Shown: in pieces, positions 18,428 to 28,368 of the stretch
Position numbering within the stretch: position 1 is the stretch's first letter
Layout of the letters: each line of letters starts with the position of its first letter
IMG/VR virus record: IMGVR_UViG_3300027628_000007
Length of the DNA stretch: 64,000 nt
DNA from: a virus
Taxonomy: Duplodnaviria; Heunggongvirae; Uroviricota; Caudoviricetes
Direction: 5' to 3' (one strand)
Translations under genes and position numbers: made by a program
Notes under the pieces: model-generated
Told to the model about the DNA's origin: nothing
What the model saw: the letters and a program-made list of their open reading frames with translations, nothing else
The model's database searches: none

Positions 18428-19504
18428 ATGAAAAATCTATTTAAAAAAGTGGTAACAGTTGGAGCAATTGCAGGTGCATTTGTAACAGGTTATTTTGTAA
18501 ATGAAAATGATAGTGTGAAAGTAGAAACACCAGTACAAGCGGAAACAAAACAAACTGATAGAATTGCAGTAGCTCCAAACGATGAAAGAAACGTGTTCAC
18601 GCAATACTTTACAATTACGAAGCTTGACGAAAAAGGTGCAGACGTTCAAAACCAATATAATGAAAAAGATAACTATTACATTGACAAACATGATTTTGAT
18701 ACTGATTTCGATAAATTACAAGTTGGCACGAAAATTGCAGTAACATTTGACCATGACACAACAATAACAGCCGAATTGGATACACGAGAAACTTATATAT
18801 TCAATGTTATTGATTCTAAAGAATATGGAATCGAAATTGATAACGAAAAATTCGTGTTCGCTGTTAATAAGGATAATTCAGCAGATATGACAACAATTGA
18901 CAAAAAAGATTATGTGATTGGCGACATGGTAGAAGTTACATTCAAAGATAATGATATAGAAATTGCGACAGATAAGAAAATTGGGTCGTGGAAAGATAAG
19001 GAAAAAATTGTCGAAAAAGTAGTAGAAAAGCCAGTGGAAAAAACTGTATATGTTGAAAAAGAAGAAAATCAAAAAAGTCAAGTAAAAAATGATTCTCAAA
19101 ATGTTGAAAAATTAGTGCAACAAAATACCGAAATTGTCAAGGAAAAAGAAAAGCCTGTTCAAAAACAAGAATCAAAACCACAAAATGAGCAAAAAGTCAA
19201 CAAAAATGTAGAAACACCAAAAACCGAACAAAAAGCAGTTAAAAAAGAAGAAAATACGGAAAAACAAACACCTGCTAAAAACGAACAAAAACAAGAAATT
19301 AAAAAGGAAAGTTCGGATTCTAAAAAAGACCCAAATGAAGGAAAACAAGGTTATATACAGGATGGTAACGGAAAATGGATTACAGAACAAGAATATGACA
19401 AAATGGCATTCGAAGAAAATGCAAAAGAAGACCCAAACAGAAATAATCCAGATTATGTACAAACAGAGGATGGAAGTTTTGTCCCTAAAAACTTTTGGGA
19501 TTGA
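18428..19504 (+). CDS. Membrane-anchored surface protein with two beta-rich repeats and a K/E/Q-rich linker
   Basis: N-terminal hydrophobic helix, low-complexity middle. Confidence 0.8.
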   Translation: MKNLFKKVVTVGAIAGAFVTGYFVNENDSVKVETPVQAETKQTDRIAVAPNDERNVFTQYFTITKLDEKGADVQNQYNEKDNYYIDKHDFDTDFDKLQVGTKIAVTFDHDTTITAELDTRETYIFNVIDSKEYGIEIDNEKFVFAVNKDNSADMTTIDKKDYVIGDMVEVTFKDNDIEIATDKKIGSWKDKEKIVEKVVEKPVEKTVYVEKEENQKSQVKNDSQNVEKLVQQNTEIVKEKEKPVQKQESKPQNEQKVNKNVETPKTEQKAVKKEENTEKQTPAKNEQKQEIKKESSDSKKDPNEGKQGYIQDGNGKWITEQEYDKMAFEENAKEDPNRNNPDYVQTEDGSFVPKNFWD

Positions 19505-19629
19505 TTCATACAATTGGGGATATGTCAAATAAAAATTTCATATCCCTGTAGAATTGAAACCGTTTTGAGCCGAGGAAATATGATTTTAGAATAATTTTAG
19601 AAATTACAAAAATTGGAGGAATTAACATT

Positions 19630-20400
19630 ATGAAAACATTTATTGATTCTTTAGAAGTTTGTCAAGAAAGTAATTTATTGGAAAATATCTTTTTGGGGCA
19701 AAAAGAACAAATGGAAGAAACACAAGAAAGTCAAGTAAAAAGCGTTTATACTAGTTCGTATATAGCAAGTGATAATATGCATGATTATACAAGTGATTAT
19801 ATGAATGTTATTAATAGGATAATAGAAAGTAATATGAGTATATCCAATAATACCGATATTCTCTATAGCGAAATACAGGAAAGGTTTATATTGGATAATG
19901 GTATTACAGTATTAGTAAATACGAATATAGGTAAAACGGAATATAGTAGAAGTCATAATATGGAATTAGTAATATTAGGAAATACCAATAAAAGGAATAA
20001 TGACAAATGGATATATTCTTTATTAGAAAGATTATTGGAAAGGATTTATTATAGGAAAGGAAACATTATTCCTTATTCCTATATTCGAAATAGAGATAAG
20101 AAACATATTAAGATATTACAATCTATTGTTTCTAAAAAGGATTATGGTATATATGCAATATGGAATATAGATATTAATATAGGATATATTGAATATAGTA
20201 TAAGCGAATATAACAGGATTATGAATAACGAATATAGCGATTGTATTCTATACCAACATATGGATAATAGGATTATGGAATGTAATAGTAATAACATATC
20301 CAATATTGTAAATATAGAAACAATAAACATATTAAGATATAGTAATATACATAATGTATTATATGATAGTAGTAATAGTAATGTAATAGATACAATATGA
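19630..20400 (+). CDS. Low-complexity N/I/S/Y-rich ORF (doubtful beyond its 5' part)
   Basis: Good GGAGG RBS but composition merges into AT-rich repeats. Confidence 0.35.
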   Translation: MKTFIDSLEVCQESNLLENIFLGQKEQMEETQESQVKSVYTSSYIASDNMHDYTSDYMNVINRIIESNMSISNNTDILYSEIQERFILDNGITVLVNTNIGKTEYSRSHNMELVILGNTNKRNNDKWIYSLLERLLERIYYRKGNIIPYSYIRNRDKKHIKILQSIVSKKDYGIYAIWNIDINIGYIEYSISEYNRIMNNEYSDCILYQHMDNRIMECNSNNISNIVNIETINILRYSNIHNVLYDSSNSNVIDTI

Positions 20401-20720
20401 TAATGATTATAATGTAATAGTAATAACAATATAGTAATGTATATAACATAATAGTATAATAGTATATCATAACATAGTAATGTATATGTATATCATATGT
20501 AATGTATATAACATAGTAATATATATAATATAATAATATATATAATGTATATAACATAAGTATATAACATATGTATAACATGATAGTATGATATAACATA
20601 AGATGATATACATCATGATAGTACAATGTAATGATAATGATATGATAAAGTATATTGTATTTGTTGAATGTTTTAATGACAAACTGAATAGAGTGAATAT
20701 GACCCAATATGACATAACAG
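20400..20720. repeat. Extremely AT-rich low-complexity tract with TATAACAT repeats
   Basis: Exact copies at 20442, 20507, 20550, 20563, 20574, 20592. Confidence 0.85.
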
Positions 20721-20991
20721 TCATGTTGGGTTATTTTTGTTGTGGTAATATCTGGTGAAATTTAAAATCACAATAGTTGTGAGTTGTCAAGTTATTTGTG
20801 TGGTGTTTATTGTGGTGAATATGTGGGCAAAAAATGAGAGCACACAATGTAATTGTGTGGTGTTTGTGGTGTATATACTGCATTTCGTGCACTCTATTAC
20901 AATTATGTAGCGTGCATGTGTTCCCCACAATCCCCAAATTCCCCAAAATCCATAAACCGCAAAATCCGACAAAATCAAGGTGGGCGAAAAA

Positions 20992-21005
20992 CGAACGAAT
21001 GTTTG
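20992..21005. promoter_or_regulatory. LexA/DinR SOS-box-like site
   Basis: CGAACGAATGTTTG. Confidence 0.5.
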
Positions 21006-21134
21006 AGTAATTCATACATGCAGGGAATACGATAAAAGAAACGTGGGAAGGGAAGCCGAACTACGTCATGTACCTTAAAATTTTCTAAGTATCCTATAAT
21101 TAATCTTATGGGGCTACTTTCCACCAATCGAAGT

Positions 21135-21148
21135 CGAACAATTGTTCA
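21135..21148. promoter_or_regulatory. LexA/DinR SOS-box-like site
   Basis: CGAACAATTGTTCA. Confidence 0.5.
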
Positions 21149-21480
21149 ATATCAATATAGCTCTACAACACGACCACTCAGAAAATTTTCCACGTGCAAC
21201 GTGTGATTTGCCCTCAAAATTCCATTTTCCCAAACGACAAAAAATCCCCTCAATTTACATACGTTTTAACACACGTAAAAAACCTCTCAATAGACAACAT
21301 AAATCAGCACCCCAAATCATACAATAAAGGGGAGGGGGCTATGTTTTGACAAAAGAAAAACCCTCTCTGTAGAGGGCACTATACCGTATATACAGAAAGG
21401 GTGATATATTTTTGTATGTAGTTTTACACAAACAAATATTCTTAATAGAGAGGATTTTTTACTGTGAATAGTCCGTATAA

Positions 21481-21804
21481 TTACAGACCTCTAAAATTAC
21501 CTTTGTTTTCATTTTCTTTAACATAAGAATCTAAAATATCCAATGTTAATTTATCCGCATCCACTTCTACTTCTGTAGTTGTTCTAACAATCTTAATGAC
21601 ACTAACTTTACCTAAGTTGTGTTTCTCTGCATGTAATTTCGCATACAGATAACATTCTTTGAATGCGTTACGTCTATGGTCAAACTCACTTGCATACTCT
21701 TGAATTGGTGTTAAATTAATTGTTTCCGACCCAACATCTTTAACAAACAACTCTCCAACCTTCAAATAATATCTTTCGTTTTTCCATTCTTCTAGTAATT
21801 TCAT
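21481..21804 (-). CDS. Hypothetical protein
   Basis: ORF with RBS. Confidence 0.75.
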   Translation of the reverse strand: MKLLEEWKNERYYLKVGELFVKDVGSETINLTPIQEYASEFDHRRNAFKECYLYAKLHAEKHNLGKVSVIKIVRTTTEVEVDADKLTLDILDSYVKENENKGNFRGL

Positions 21805-21820
21805 TTTTATTCCACCTTAA

Positions 21821-22018
21821 TTATTTTTTAATGTAATCAATAATCTTAGCTGAATGTCCTGCATCGGCAAGACCTTTCATGATGTAACTAATAGCACTCC
21901 AATTCAAATCTGAAATATCTGTAGCATCTTTAATATGGTTAGTTGTTCTAACTCCACCAGTATGCATTTCCAAATAGAATCGTTGTTTATCAATCTGGAT
22001 AACTTTAATCTTCTTCAT
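21821..22018 (-). CDS. Hypothetical protein
   Basis: Start refined by RBS. Confidence 0.7.
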   Translation of the reverse strand: MKKIKVIQIDKQRFYLEMHTGGVRTTNHIKDATDISDLNWSAISYIMKGLADAGHSAKIIDYIKK

Positions 22019-22394
22019 TCTCTTCACCTGTTAACTCTTCGTAGCAATATTTACAAACCATTTCATCATAATGTTGTATTAAATCTTCTTCATCACATTC
22101 TTCTCTACAAGAATCGCAACGAGTTTCAATGTAGTCTAATGGATTAAATCCGCTCCAAGAAGTTCCTAAATGCTTTGCAACTTCTTCAACTGCTTCTGGC
22201 GAAACATTTAATTTAGTAATATCTCCTTTTTCTAAATCTCCATAGACCTCACTGTGTTTACCTAAGACTTCACCGAAATACATGTAAGCCCCAATAGCAT
22301 CTTCTACTTCTTTTTCTGTAGCAACGAATAATCCTTCAAGGCATCCGCTACGTCCACAATCCCAATAAAACTGATATAAGAATCTTTTACTCAC
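22005..22394 (-). CDS. Hypothetical protein with C-terminal Zn ribbon
   Basis: CDSC...CKYC. Confidence 0.8.
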   Translation of the reverse strand: MSKRFLYQFYWDCGRSGCLEGLFVATEKEVEDAIGAYMYFGEVLGKHSEVYGDLEKGDITKLNVSPEAVEEVAKHLGTSWSGFNPLDYIETRCDSCREECDEEDLIQHYDEMVCKYCYEELTGEENEED

Positions 22395-22653
22395 TTAATT
22401 CACCTAACTCCTTCAAACGTCTTGTAATGGACTCTACACGTTCTGTAAAGTATTTCAATTTATGCTTTGCTTCCATAACTTCAATAGCCCATTTATCTTC
22501 TTCTTTTAATTGTAAATCTCCCATTAAGCCACACCATATACACCAATCAGCACCGTCTTCAAACGTAGCAGTATAAGGTTCTAGTTCACCGCAATGCTCA
22601 CACCAAGGCTCTTCTTTGTATTGAATATCATCAATAGTAAAAACTTCACACAT
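22387..22653 (-). CDS. Zn-ribbon protein
   Basis: CEHC...CIWC. Confidence 0.75.
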   Translation of the reverse strand: MCEVFTIDDIQYKEEPWCEHCGELEPYTATFEDGADWCIWCGLMGDLQLKEEDKWAIEVMEAKHKLKYFTERVESITRRLKELGELSE

Positions 22654-22692
22654 TTTAAAATCCCCTTTTTAATCAAATAAAAGAAGCAGAAA

Positions 22693-22887
22693 TTAATCTG
22701 CTTCACGTTCCTGCTTAAAGATTAGTGGCAGTTCTTTTGATAAGTAATCCATGCAGACCTTATGACCTTGAAACATTTTTTCAACATAAACGTCATCATA
22801 GATTTTTATTGCAAATTTATCTTCATTCTCATCTAGGAATCTGAAACACTTATCGCACATGTGTTCAAACTTTAATTCTTTACTCAT
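22693..22887 (-). CDS. Small Zn-finger protein
   Basis: CDKC...HKVC; start refined. Confidence 0.7.
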   Translation of the reverse strand: MSKELKFEHMCDKCFRFLDENEDKFAIKIYDDVYVEKMFQGHKVCMDYLSKELPLIFKQEREAD

Positions 22888-23095
22888 CTTTAAACTTCCT
22901 TGATGTAAGTACATCTACAAATTTTTCAATCCACCACATAGACCATTTAGGATATTTAATCCAACCTGCAACTAGCCCATCCTTGATGGAGAAGTCCCAA
23001 AATCCAATTTGCTCCCAAGATTTCAATACAGCGTAGGCATATTGAGATAAGCCTAACGCCATATAGAATCCAACGACCCATAGAATAAATTCCAT
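22880..23095 (-). CDS. Small membrane protein
   Basis: N-terminal TM, Trp-rich. Confidence 0.7.
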   Translation of the reverse strand: MEFILWVVGFYMALGLSQYAYAVLKSWEQIGFWDFSIKDGLVAGWIKYPKWSMWWIEKFVDVLTSRKFKDE

Positions 23096-23096
23096 A

Positions 23097-23489
23097 TTAT
23101 CGTCCTGTTTTCTTAGTTAATTTCGCAATCTCTGATGTTAATTCTTTCATGAAAGCATCTACTTCTTCTGCTGATGCACCTTCGTCTTGAAGTTCTTTAG
23201 CGATAGCATTTGTATTCTCCATTAAGATATTTGCTTGATGATTAAATTCTTGCATGTAGAAACCAACATATTTACCTAATTGAGTAAGTGCATCAACTAA
23301 AGCGTAATGCTTACCAATTTCGAAATCAAAATCAGCAGGGTTTGCACAACCGCTAGTACCAACAATTTCAAATCCGTTCTGCAATGTGATTAAAGCGATG
23401 GTTGTTTTTTCTCCAACCTTCTGATATGATTCTTTAACAATATGTTGTAGCAATCCTTTTTGAAATTCATTCAATTCTAATTTAGCCAT
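23097..23489 (-). CDS. N4 gp49/Sf6 gp66-like family protein (Acb4-like sponge candidate)
   Basis: TTIALITLQNGFEIVGTSGCANPADFDFEIGKHYA motif. Confidence 0.7.
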   Translation of the reverse strand: MAKLELNEFQKGLLQHIVKESYQKVGEKTTIALITLQNGFEIVGTSGCANPADFDFEIGKHYALVDALTQLGKYVGFYMQEFNHQANILMENTNAIAKELQDEGASAEEVDAFMKELTSEIAKLTKKTGR

Positions 23490-23742
23490 TTTGTTTATCT
23501 CCCTCTTGTAATTCTTTTAATGTCTGTAATCCTATACGTCTTACATTGCTAACACCCTGCTCTTGATTCCATACTCTAGTGATTCCTTCAACTTCTCCTG
23601 CACTCGCTAAAAGAAATGTGAATCCAGTTATCCCAACATTCGTACCATCTTCTGAAACTGAAATTATCTCAATCTCTTCTGGTATGTTTAGCAATTTTTT
23701 TAAATCCTCAATACTTACATATAGCGGTCTTTTCGCTAACAT
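23482..23742 (-). CDS. Hypothetical protein
   Basis: ORF with RBS. Confidence 0.75.
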   Translation of the reverse strand: MLAKRPLYVSIEDLKKLLNIPEEIEIISVSEDGTNVGITGFTFLLASAGEVEGITRVWNQEQGVSNVRRIGLQTLKELQEGDKQNG

Positions 23743-23789
23743 TTAAATCTCTCCCATCTAAATATAAGGCAGGGGATATACCCCTACCA

Positions 23790-24062
23790 TTATGCAATAA
23801 ACTCGCTGACTTTATCTTGTAACTTTTTGTTCTTTTCAAGTTGTGCTTGTGCCTTCGCAATATTAGCTTCTGCTTTTTCTTTGATTACTGTTTCATCTTC
23901 AACGATAGTATTTAATTCGTTGTTAACGTTTTCTAGTTGTTTATGCATTAAACCAAATTTTGCAAAGATACCTTGTACTTCTTCACTTAGGGTTTCAATT
24001 TTTCCATCTCCATCTAAGTCTACTACTTTCTTATTGAATAAGTTTTTAAAGAAATCTAACAT
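23790..24062 (-). CDS. Coiled-coil protein
   Basis: Heptad pattern; DLDGDGK segment. Confidence 0.75.
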   Translation of the reverse strand: MLDFFKNLFNKKVVDLDGDGKIETLSEEVQGIFAKFGLMHKQLENVNNELNTIVEDETVIKEKAEANIAKAQAQLEKNKKLQDKVSEFIA

Positions 24063-24116
24063 AATATCATCCTCCTAGTTTATTGGTTTAAAAGTTTATA
24101 AGGGGCAAAGCCCCTC

Positions 24117-24884
24117 TTATTCCCAAGGGTCACACTGACATTCTTCGATATATTCTTCACAGTCTTGACAAATATCTTCGTCTTCTTCTTTTTGTTCATC
24201 TACATCTGTGTCGATTCGACCATGTTGTGCTAAAGGTGTCATAGCTAAAGATTCAACCTCTTTTGCATCAACTTCTTCGAATAGCTCTGACTCTAAGTAT
24301 TGGATATAATCCTCATGAGAAATTGTGATACGCACGTATTCTCCATCTAAGATGTGTGACCCAACATTAATTACTTTAATTAAATCAATTTCTTCTCGCT
24401 CACTGTCATTGAAAGCGTAGAAGTATGTACCCTCATCTGATTTTTCACGTACAACTCTAACGTTGAAGTTTAAATCAAACTCTGGTAATTCCTCTTGCAT
24501 CTCGTACTTGTTTCCAACTAAAGTTAGAATTTCACCTAACGCTTCAAACTTATCTTCTTGGAATGTCTCACCAGATTTCACACGCTCTAATCTATCATTA
24601 AGCAAGTGTAACTGGAAAATACGTTCCTCTCTGTCTTCGATTGAGATTTCATATAATTGTTGACTCTGTGCCATTAGCACATCATGTTCAAAAATAACTT
24701 CTTCTCCAAATGCACCAAGAGCTTCTAAGTAAATTACGTCCTCCATTTTTTCAATGACTAATGTGTCATCTGCTGTTACTAGTGTGATAGTTCCATCTAG
24801 GAAACTTATATTGCCAATCGCTCCCAGAATTTTTGCTTCTTTTGCGAATCCGATTACATTTTTATCAAAAATAGTTTCTAACAT
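24117..24884 (-). CDS. Acidic hypothetical protein with C-terminal Cys cluster
   Basis: Start refined by RBS; ends CQDC..ECQC. Confidence 0.8.
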   Translation of the reverse strand: MLETIFDKNVIGFAKEAKILGAIGNISFLDGTITLVTADDTLVIEKMEDVIYLEALGAFGEEVIFEHDVLMAQSQQLYEISIEDREERIFQLHLLNDRLERVKSGETFQEDKFEALGEILTLVGNKYEMQEELPEFDLNFNVRVVREKSDEGTYFYAFNDSEREEIDLIKVINVGSHILDGEYVRITISHEDYIQYLESELFEEVDAKEVESLAMTPLAQHGRIDTDVDEQKEEDEDICQDCEEYIEECQCDPWE

Positions 24885-24939
24885 ATTATCATCCTTTCGA
24901 TATGTATTTGCGTTGTTCAACGCCCTACCCTATGAATTT

Positions 24940-24981
24940 ATTATATCATTATCTTTTACTTCTGTCAAACTAATGTGTTAC
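24940..24981 (-). promoter_or_regulatory. Class B promoter (GTAACACA-N5-TTGACA)
   Basis: TTGACA-17-TATAAT with TG extension. Confidence 0.85.
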
Positions 24982-25005
24982 ATAGAATAATCTTTATTGA
25001 GAGGA

Positions 25006-27300
25006 TTACTTAAAGCAATCCTCTTCTTCATCATCTGTTTCTCTGTACGAATCTGCAAGCAGTTCGGCTTCTGCATTTGGGTTGCCGTTATACATATCAA
25101 TCATTTCTTGTAAGAAACTTCTACGTTCCATGTTGGCAAACTTTCCGATACCGACATTGACTGCTTCTGCTTGACCTAAAACTAATAGGAAGTCTTTAGC
25201 ACGTGAAATACCAGTATAGATTAAGTTAGCGTTTAATTGATATTTCATAGATTTATCAATTACTACAATTACTACTTTATATTGTGACCCCTGTGATTTG
25301 TGAATCGTAGTAGCCCAACAATGTAGCAGTGAATTTAGTACGTTTTCGAATCTGACTTTAACGACAATTCCTTCAAAGTCAACGATGACCGCTTTTTGTA
25401 CTTCATCAATGTCAACGATTTTACCAGTGTCTCCATTGAAGATATCCGCAACGCCACCATCAATTGTTTCGATTTCATATGTATTAACAGTGTTCATAAC
25501 TGCATCGCCTACACGATACAATGTCTTCTCTTTTTTACCAAACTCTTTTTCTTTTCTTGTTGCACTCTTAGGGTTAACAATCTTTTGAAGTTCCTTGTTG
25601 ATTTCAACTGTGCCAAGTTTACCCTTCTTAGTTGGTGATAGTACAACAACGTCATCTGGATTGAATCGTTTCACAACGTTCTTATAGTGATGCAGGATTC
25701 CATCTCTTACATATTGTTGGTCAACTAAATGGAATACGCAATCTTTACCAAAGACGATTCTTCCGCTATCTGTATCGTTTAGGAATTTTACACCTTCACG
25801 CACTTTGGTTGCAACTTCTAAGATACCACCGTTTGCTTGACGGAATACTTTTTTCAGTTTAGAAACTGGCACAGCGTTACTATGTATAACATCGTACAAG
25901 AAGTTCCCAACTCCAACAGATGGTAACTGGAAATCATCTCCAACGAATAATACTCTGGCACTTGTATTAGTGATAGCGTTAAAGAATTTAGCAAGAATGA
26001 AAATATCACACATAGAGCTTTCATCAACGATAATTACATCTTCTGTGATATCCTTATTTGCTTCTTCTTCGTTATCGAATACTCCTGCCTTACGATGGAT
26101 TGTACTAGCATCACGACCAGTGTAGCCCTGCATAACTTTACTTGCTTTACCAGTTGGAGCAAGCAATGCAGTTCGTAGATTCCTAGTATCAATGAGTTCA
26201 AGTAAGATTCTTTGAAGCCATGATTTACCCATACCTCCACCACCAATTAATAGCATGACAGAGTTTTCGTTCCAATCAAAGAAGAATTGTCTTTGATTTT
26301 CTTCAAGCTCAACACCATGAGTTGCACAGTATTCATCTAAAAACTCATTCAACTCTTCGTCAGTGAAAAGTTTTCGAGAGCGACTTCTAAATTCTGTAAG
26401 TTTTCTAGCTACGTATTTTTCAGCTTCATAGACGACCTTAGTAGTATAGCGTTCATCCTTACATAATATTCCTTCTGACCCATTAACTAAAGCTTCATCA
26501 ATAAGTTTTTTAGGAATATTTAGAAGTTCAACTGCTCTGTTGGTAAGTTGTTTATGAGCAATCCAAGAGTTTCCGTTCATGTTCTCTTCACCGATGATAT
26601 ATCGGAAGCAAGAATCAATTCGGAATTTAGATGTCATTTCATGACCAACTGCTTTAGCAATCTCATCCGCTTTCTTAAATCCTACACCTTTGATTTCAGT
26701 TAGTAAGTATGGGTTTTTATTAATCTTGTCAATTACGATTTGAGGGTTCTTGTACTCTTTTACTAGTTTGGCAATCATATTGTACTTGATTCCATACTTA
26801 GACAAGAATGCTAGAATCTCACTCATATCAAGATTTGTTAATACCTTCTCACGTAATTTCTCAAATGTCTTATCTCCAAGACCCTTAACTGATTGGTAAT
26901 CAAATGTGCCATCTTGAATCATGCCAATGATATCTTCTCCATTATTATAAACTTCAAAGATATTTTGAGATTGTGATTCTGTTAGAATCGACTTCAAGAA
27001 ATCACGTTGCTGTTCAACAGTGATTGGCTTATCCTGTTTAATTGATTCTAAGATGTAGCTACCTGCATATGTAGAAGCAGTATCAGCTTTAATTGTTGCT
27101 AGGTATTCTGCACCGATTTCTAATGATGGGCAAAATCCTTTAAATGAAATATTTCCGTATCGTGTAAGTGTCCATTCTTTCTCTGTTATCTTTTTGATAT
27201 CATCTAGGTTCACATCACATCGGTAAATTCCATAATAGTCTTCTTCATTGAAAAACATTTCCTGTGTTGGCGTAATTCGAATTTCAACCGTATTGCTCAA
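25006..27300 (-). CDS. recD2: RecD2-like SF1B DNA helicase
   Basis: GGGGMGKS Walker A, VDESSM, GDDFQLPSVG, TIHKSQGSQY, YTGISRAK; N-terminal HhH region. Confidence 0.95.
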   Translation of the reverse strand: MSNTVEIRITPTQEMFFNEEDYYGIYRCDVNLDDIKKITEKEWTLTRYGNISFKGFCPSLEIGAEYLATIKADTASTYAGSYILESIKQDKPITVEQQRDFLKSILTESQSQNIFEVYNNGEDIIGMIQDGTFDYQSVKGLGDKTFEKLREKVLTNLDMSEILAFLSKYGIKYNMIAKLVKEYKNPQIVIDKINKNPYLLTEIKGVGFKKADEIAKAVGHEMTSKFRIDSCFRYIIGEENMNGNSWIAHKQLTNRAVELLNIPKKLIDEALVNGSEGILCKDERYTTKVVYEAEKYVARKLTEFRSRSRKLFTDEELNEFLDEYCATHGVELEENQRQFFFDWNENSVMLLIGGGGMGKSWLQRILLELIDTRNLRTALLAPTGKASKVMQGYTGRDASTIHRKAGVFDNEEEANKDITEDVIIVDESSMCDIFILAKFFNAITNTSARVLFVGDDFQLPSVGVGNFLYDVIHSNAVPVSKLKKVFRQANGGILEVATKVREGVKFLNDTDSGRIVFGKDCVFHLVDQQYVRDGILHHYKNVVKRFNPDDVVVLSPTKKGKLGTVEINKELQKIVNPKSATRKEKEFGKKEKTLYRVGDAVMNTVNTYEIETIDGGVADIFNGDTGKIVDIDEVQKAVIVDFEGIVVKVRFENVLNSLLHCWATTIHKSQGSQYKVVIVVIDKSMKYQLNANLIYTGISRAKDFLLVLGQAEAVNVGIGKFANMERRSFLQEMIDMYNGNPNAEAELLADSYRETDDEEEDCFK

Positions 27301-27332
27301 AGTGTAACCACCCTTCCGTATTTGATGTAATC

Positions 27333-27361
27333 ATTATACCATTATTTTTAGCTTTTGTCAA
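27333..27361 (-). promoter_or_regulatory. SigA promoter of recD2 (class B-like spacer)
   Basis: TTGACA-17-TATAAT. Confidence 0.8.
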
Positions 27362-27531
27362 AGAAGTGTGCTGTCTATTGACAACTTTTTCCGACTCGAC
27401 TTCCATAGTATATAATTATTATTTATGCTTGTCAACAAAAAAACTGAAAAAAATTGGTATCACAAATAACTTTCAAACATATGTTAAAGTATAGGCGATG
27501 ACCTAACTTAACTTGAAAGGGGTTTTAAACA

Positions 27532-28368
27532 ATGGCTAAAAAACAATGTGGGGTAATTTCAATTGATGATGGTGGGCATTCAACTTGTGTGGTAACGAAA
27601 GATGTAGCATTACAGTTTCCTAGTGTGAAAGGTTTATATGGAACGAGAACATTAACTGATGCATCTGAACCATTTGATTTCATAGTTGAGTATAAGGAGA
27701 GAAAATATGTAATGGGTACACTTGCTAAATACGATTGCAAATATCCATTACAGATGCACACAAAATCTAAGTGCAATGATTTCTTTGACTTATCCATACT
27801 TGTATCTATTCACCAATATGGATATGCTAACAACCTATTAATCACTTCTGTACCAATCGCTTATCACAATGATGCAGAGAAGGCAGGACGAATCAACCGA
27901 TTAGTTGGAGAGCACACGATTAAAGTTAATGGGGTAGAGAAAACTTTCACAATCCAAGATACAAAGGTTGCACCAGAATCAGCAGTTGCCTTCTGGTTAT
28001 ATGAGCCAAACGGTAAGAGTCGCTTCATTGATTTAGGAAGTCGTACAATCGGATATGCAACAACATTGTTAGATGATGGGAATGTGAGATTCATTGATTC
28101 AGAGAGTGGAACAATTAAAGGTAAAGGTCTTGAAGCATTAGATGATGACTATGACCAACAATCACTTGCTGATTTGATTTGTGGTAAGCTTGCATCTGTT
28201 TGGAATGAAAATGACCGCATCCATATGTTGGGTGGTGGTGCAGGTGATATAAGATTAGTTGAAGCAATTCAAGGATACTTCCCAAATGCAATTGTAATGG
28301 ATGACCCACAAATGGTGAATGCGAAAGCGATGTACCAGTTAGGAATGGTGACTTATGACATGGTTTAA
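27532..28368 (+). CDS. parM: ParM/StbA-like actin ATPase
   Basis: IDDGGHST, IDLGSRT and GGGA actin motifs. Confidence 0.85.
   Translation: MAKKQCGVISIDDGGHSTCVVTKDVALQFPSVKGLYGTRTLTDASEPFDFIVEYKERKYVMGTLAKYDCKYPLQMHTKSKCNDFFDLSILVSIHQYGYANNLLITSVPIAYHNDAEKAGRINRLVGEHTIKVNGVEKTFTIQDTKVAPESAVAFWLYEPNGKSRFIDLGSRTIGYATTLLDDGNVRFIDSESGTIKGKGLEALDDDYDQQSLADLICGKLASVWNENDRIHMLGGGAGDIRLVEAIQGYFPNAIVMDDPQMVNAKAMYQLGMVTYDMV

Noticed and set aside
20142-21327. Y/I/H-rich ORFs
   Set aside because: Products of AT-rich low-complexity DNA
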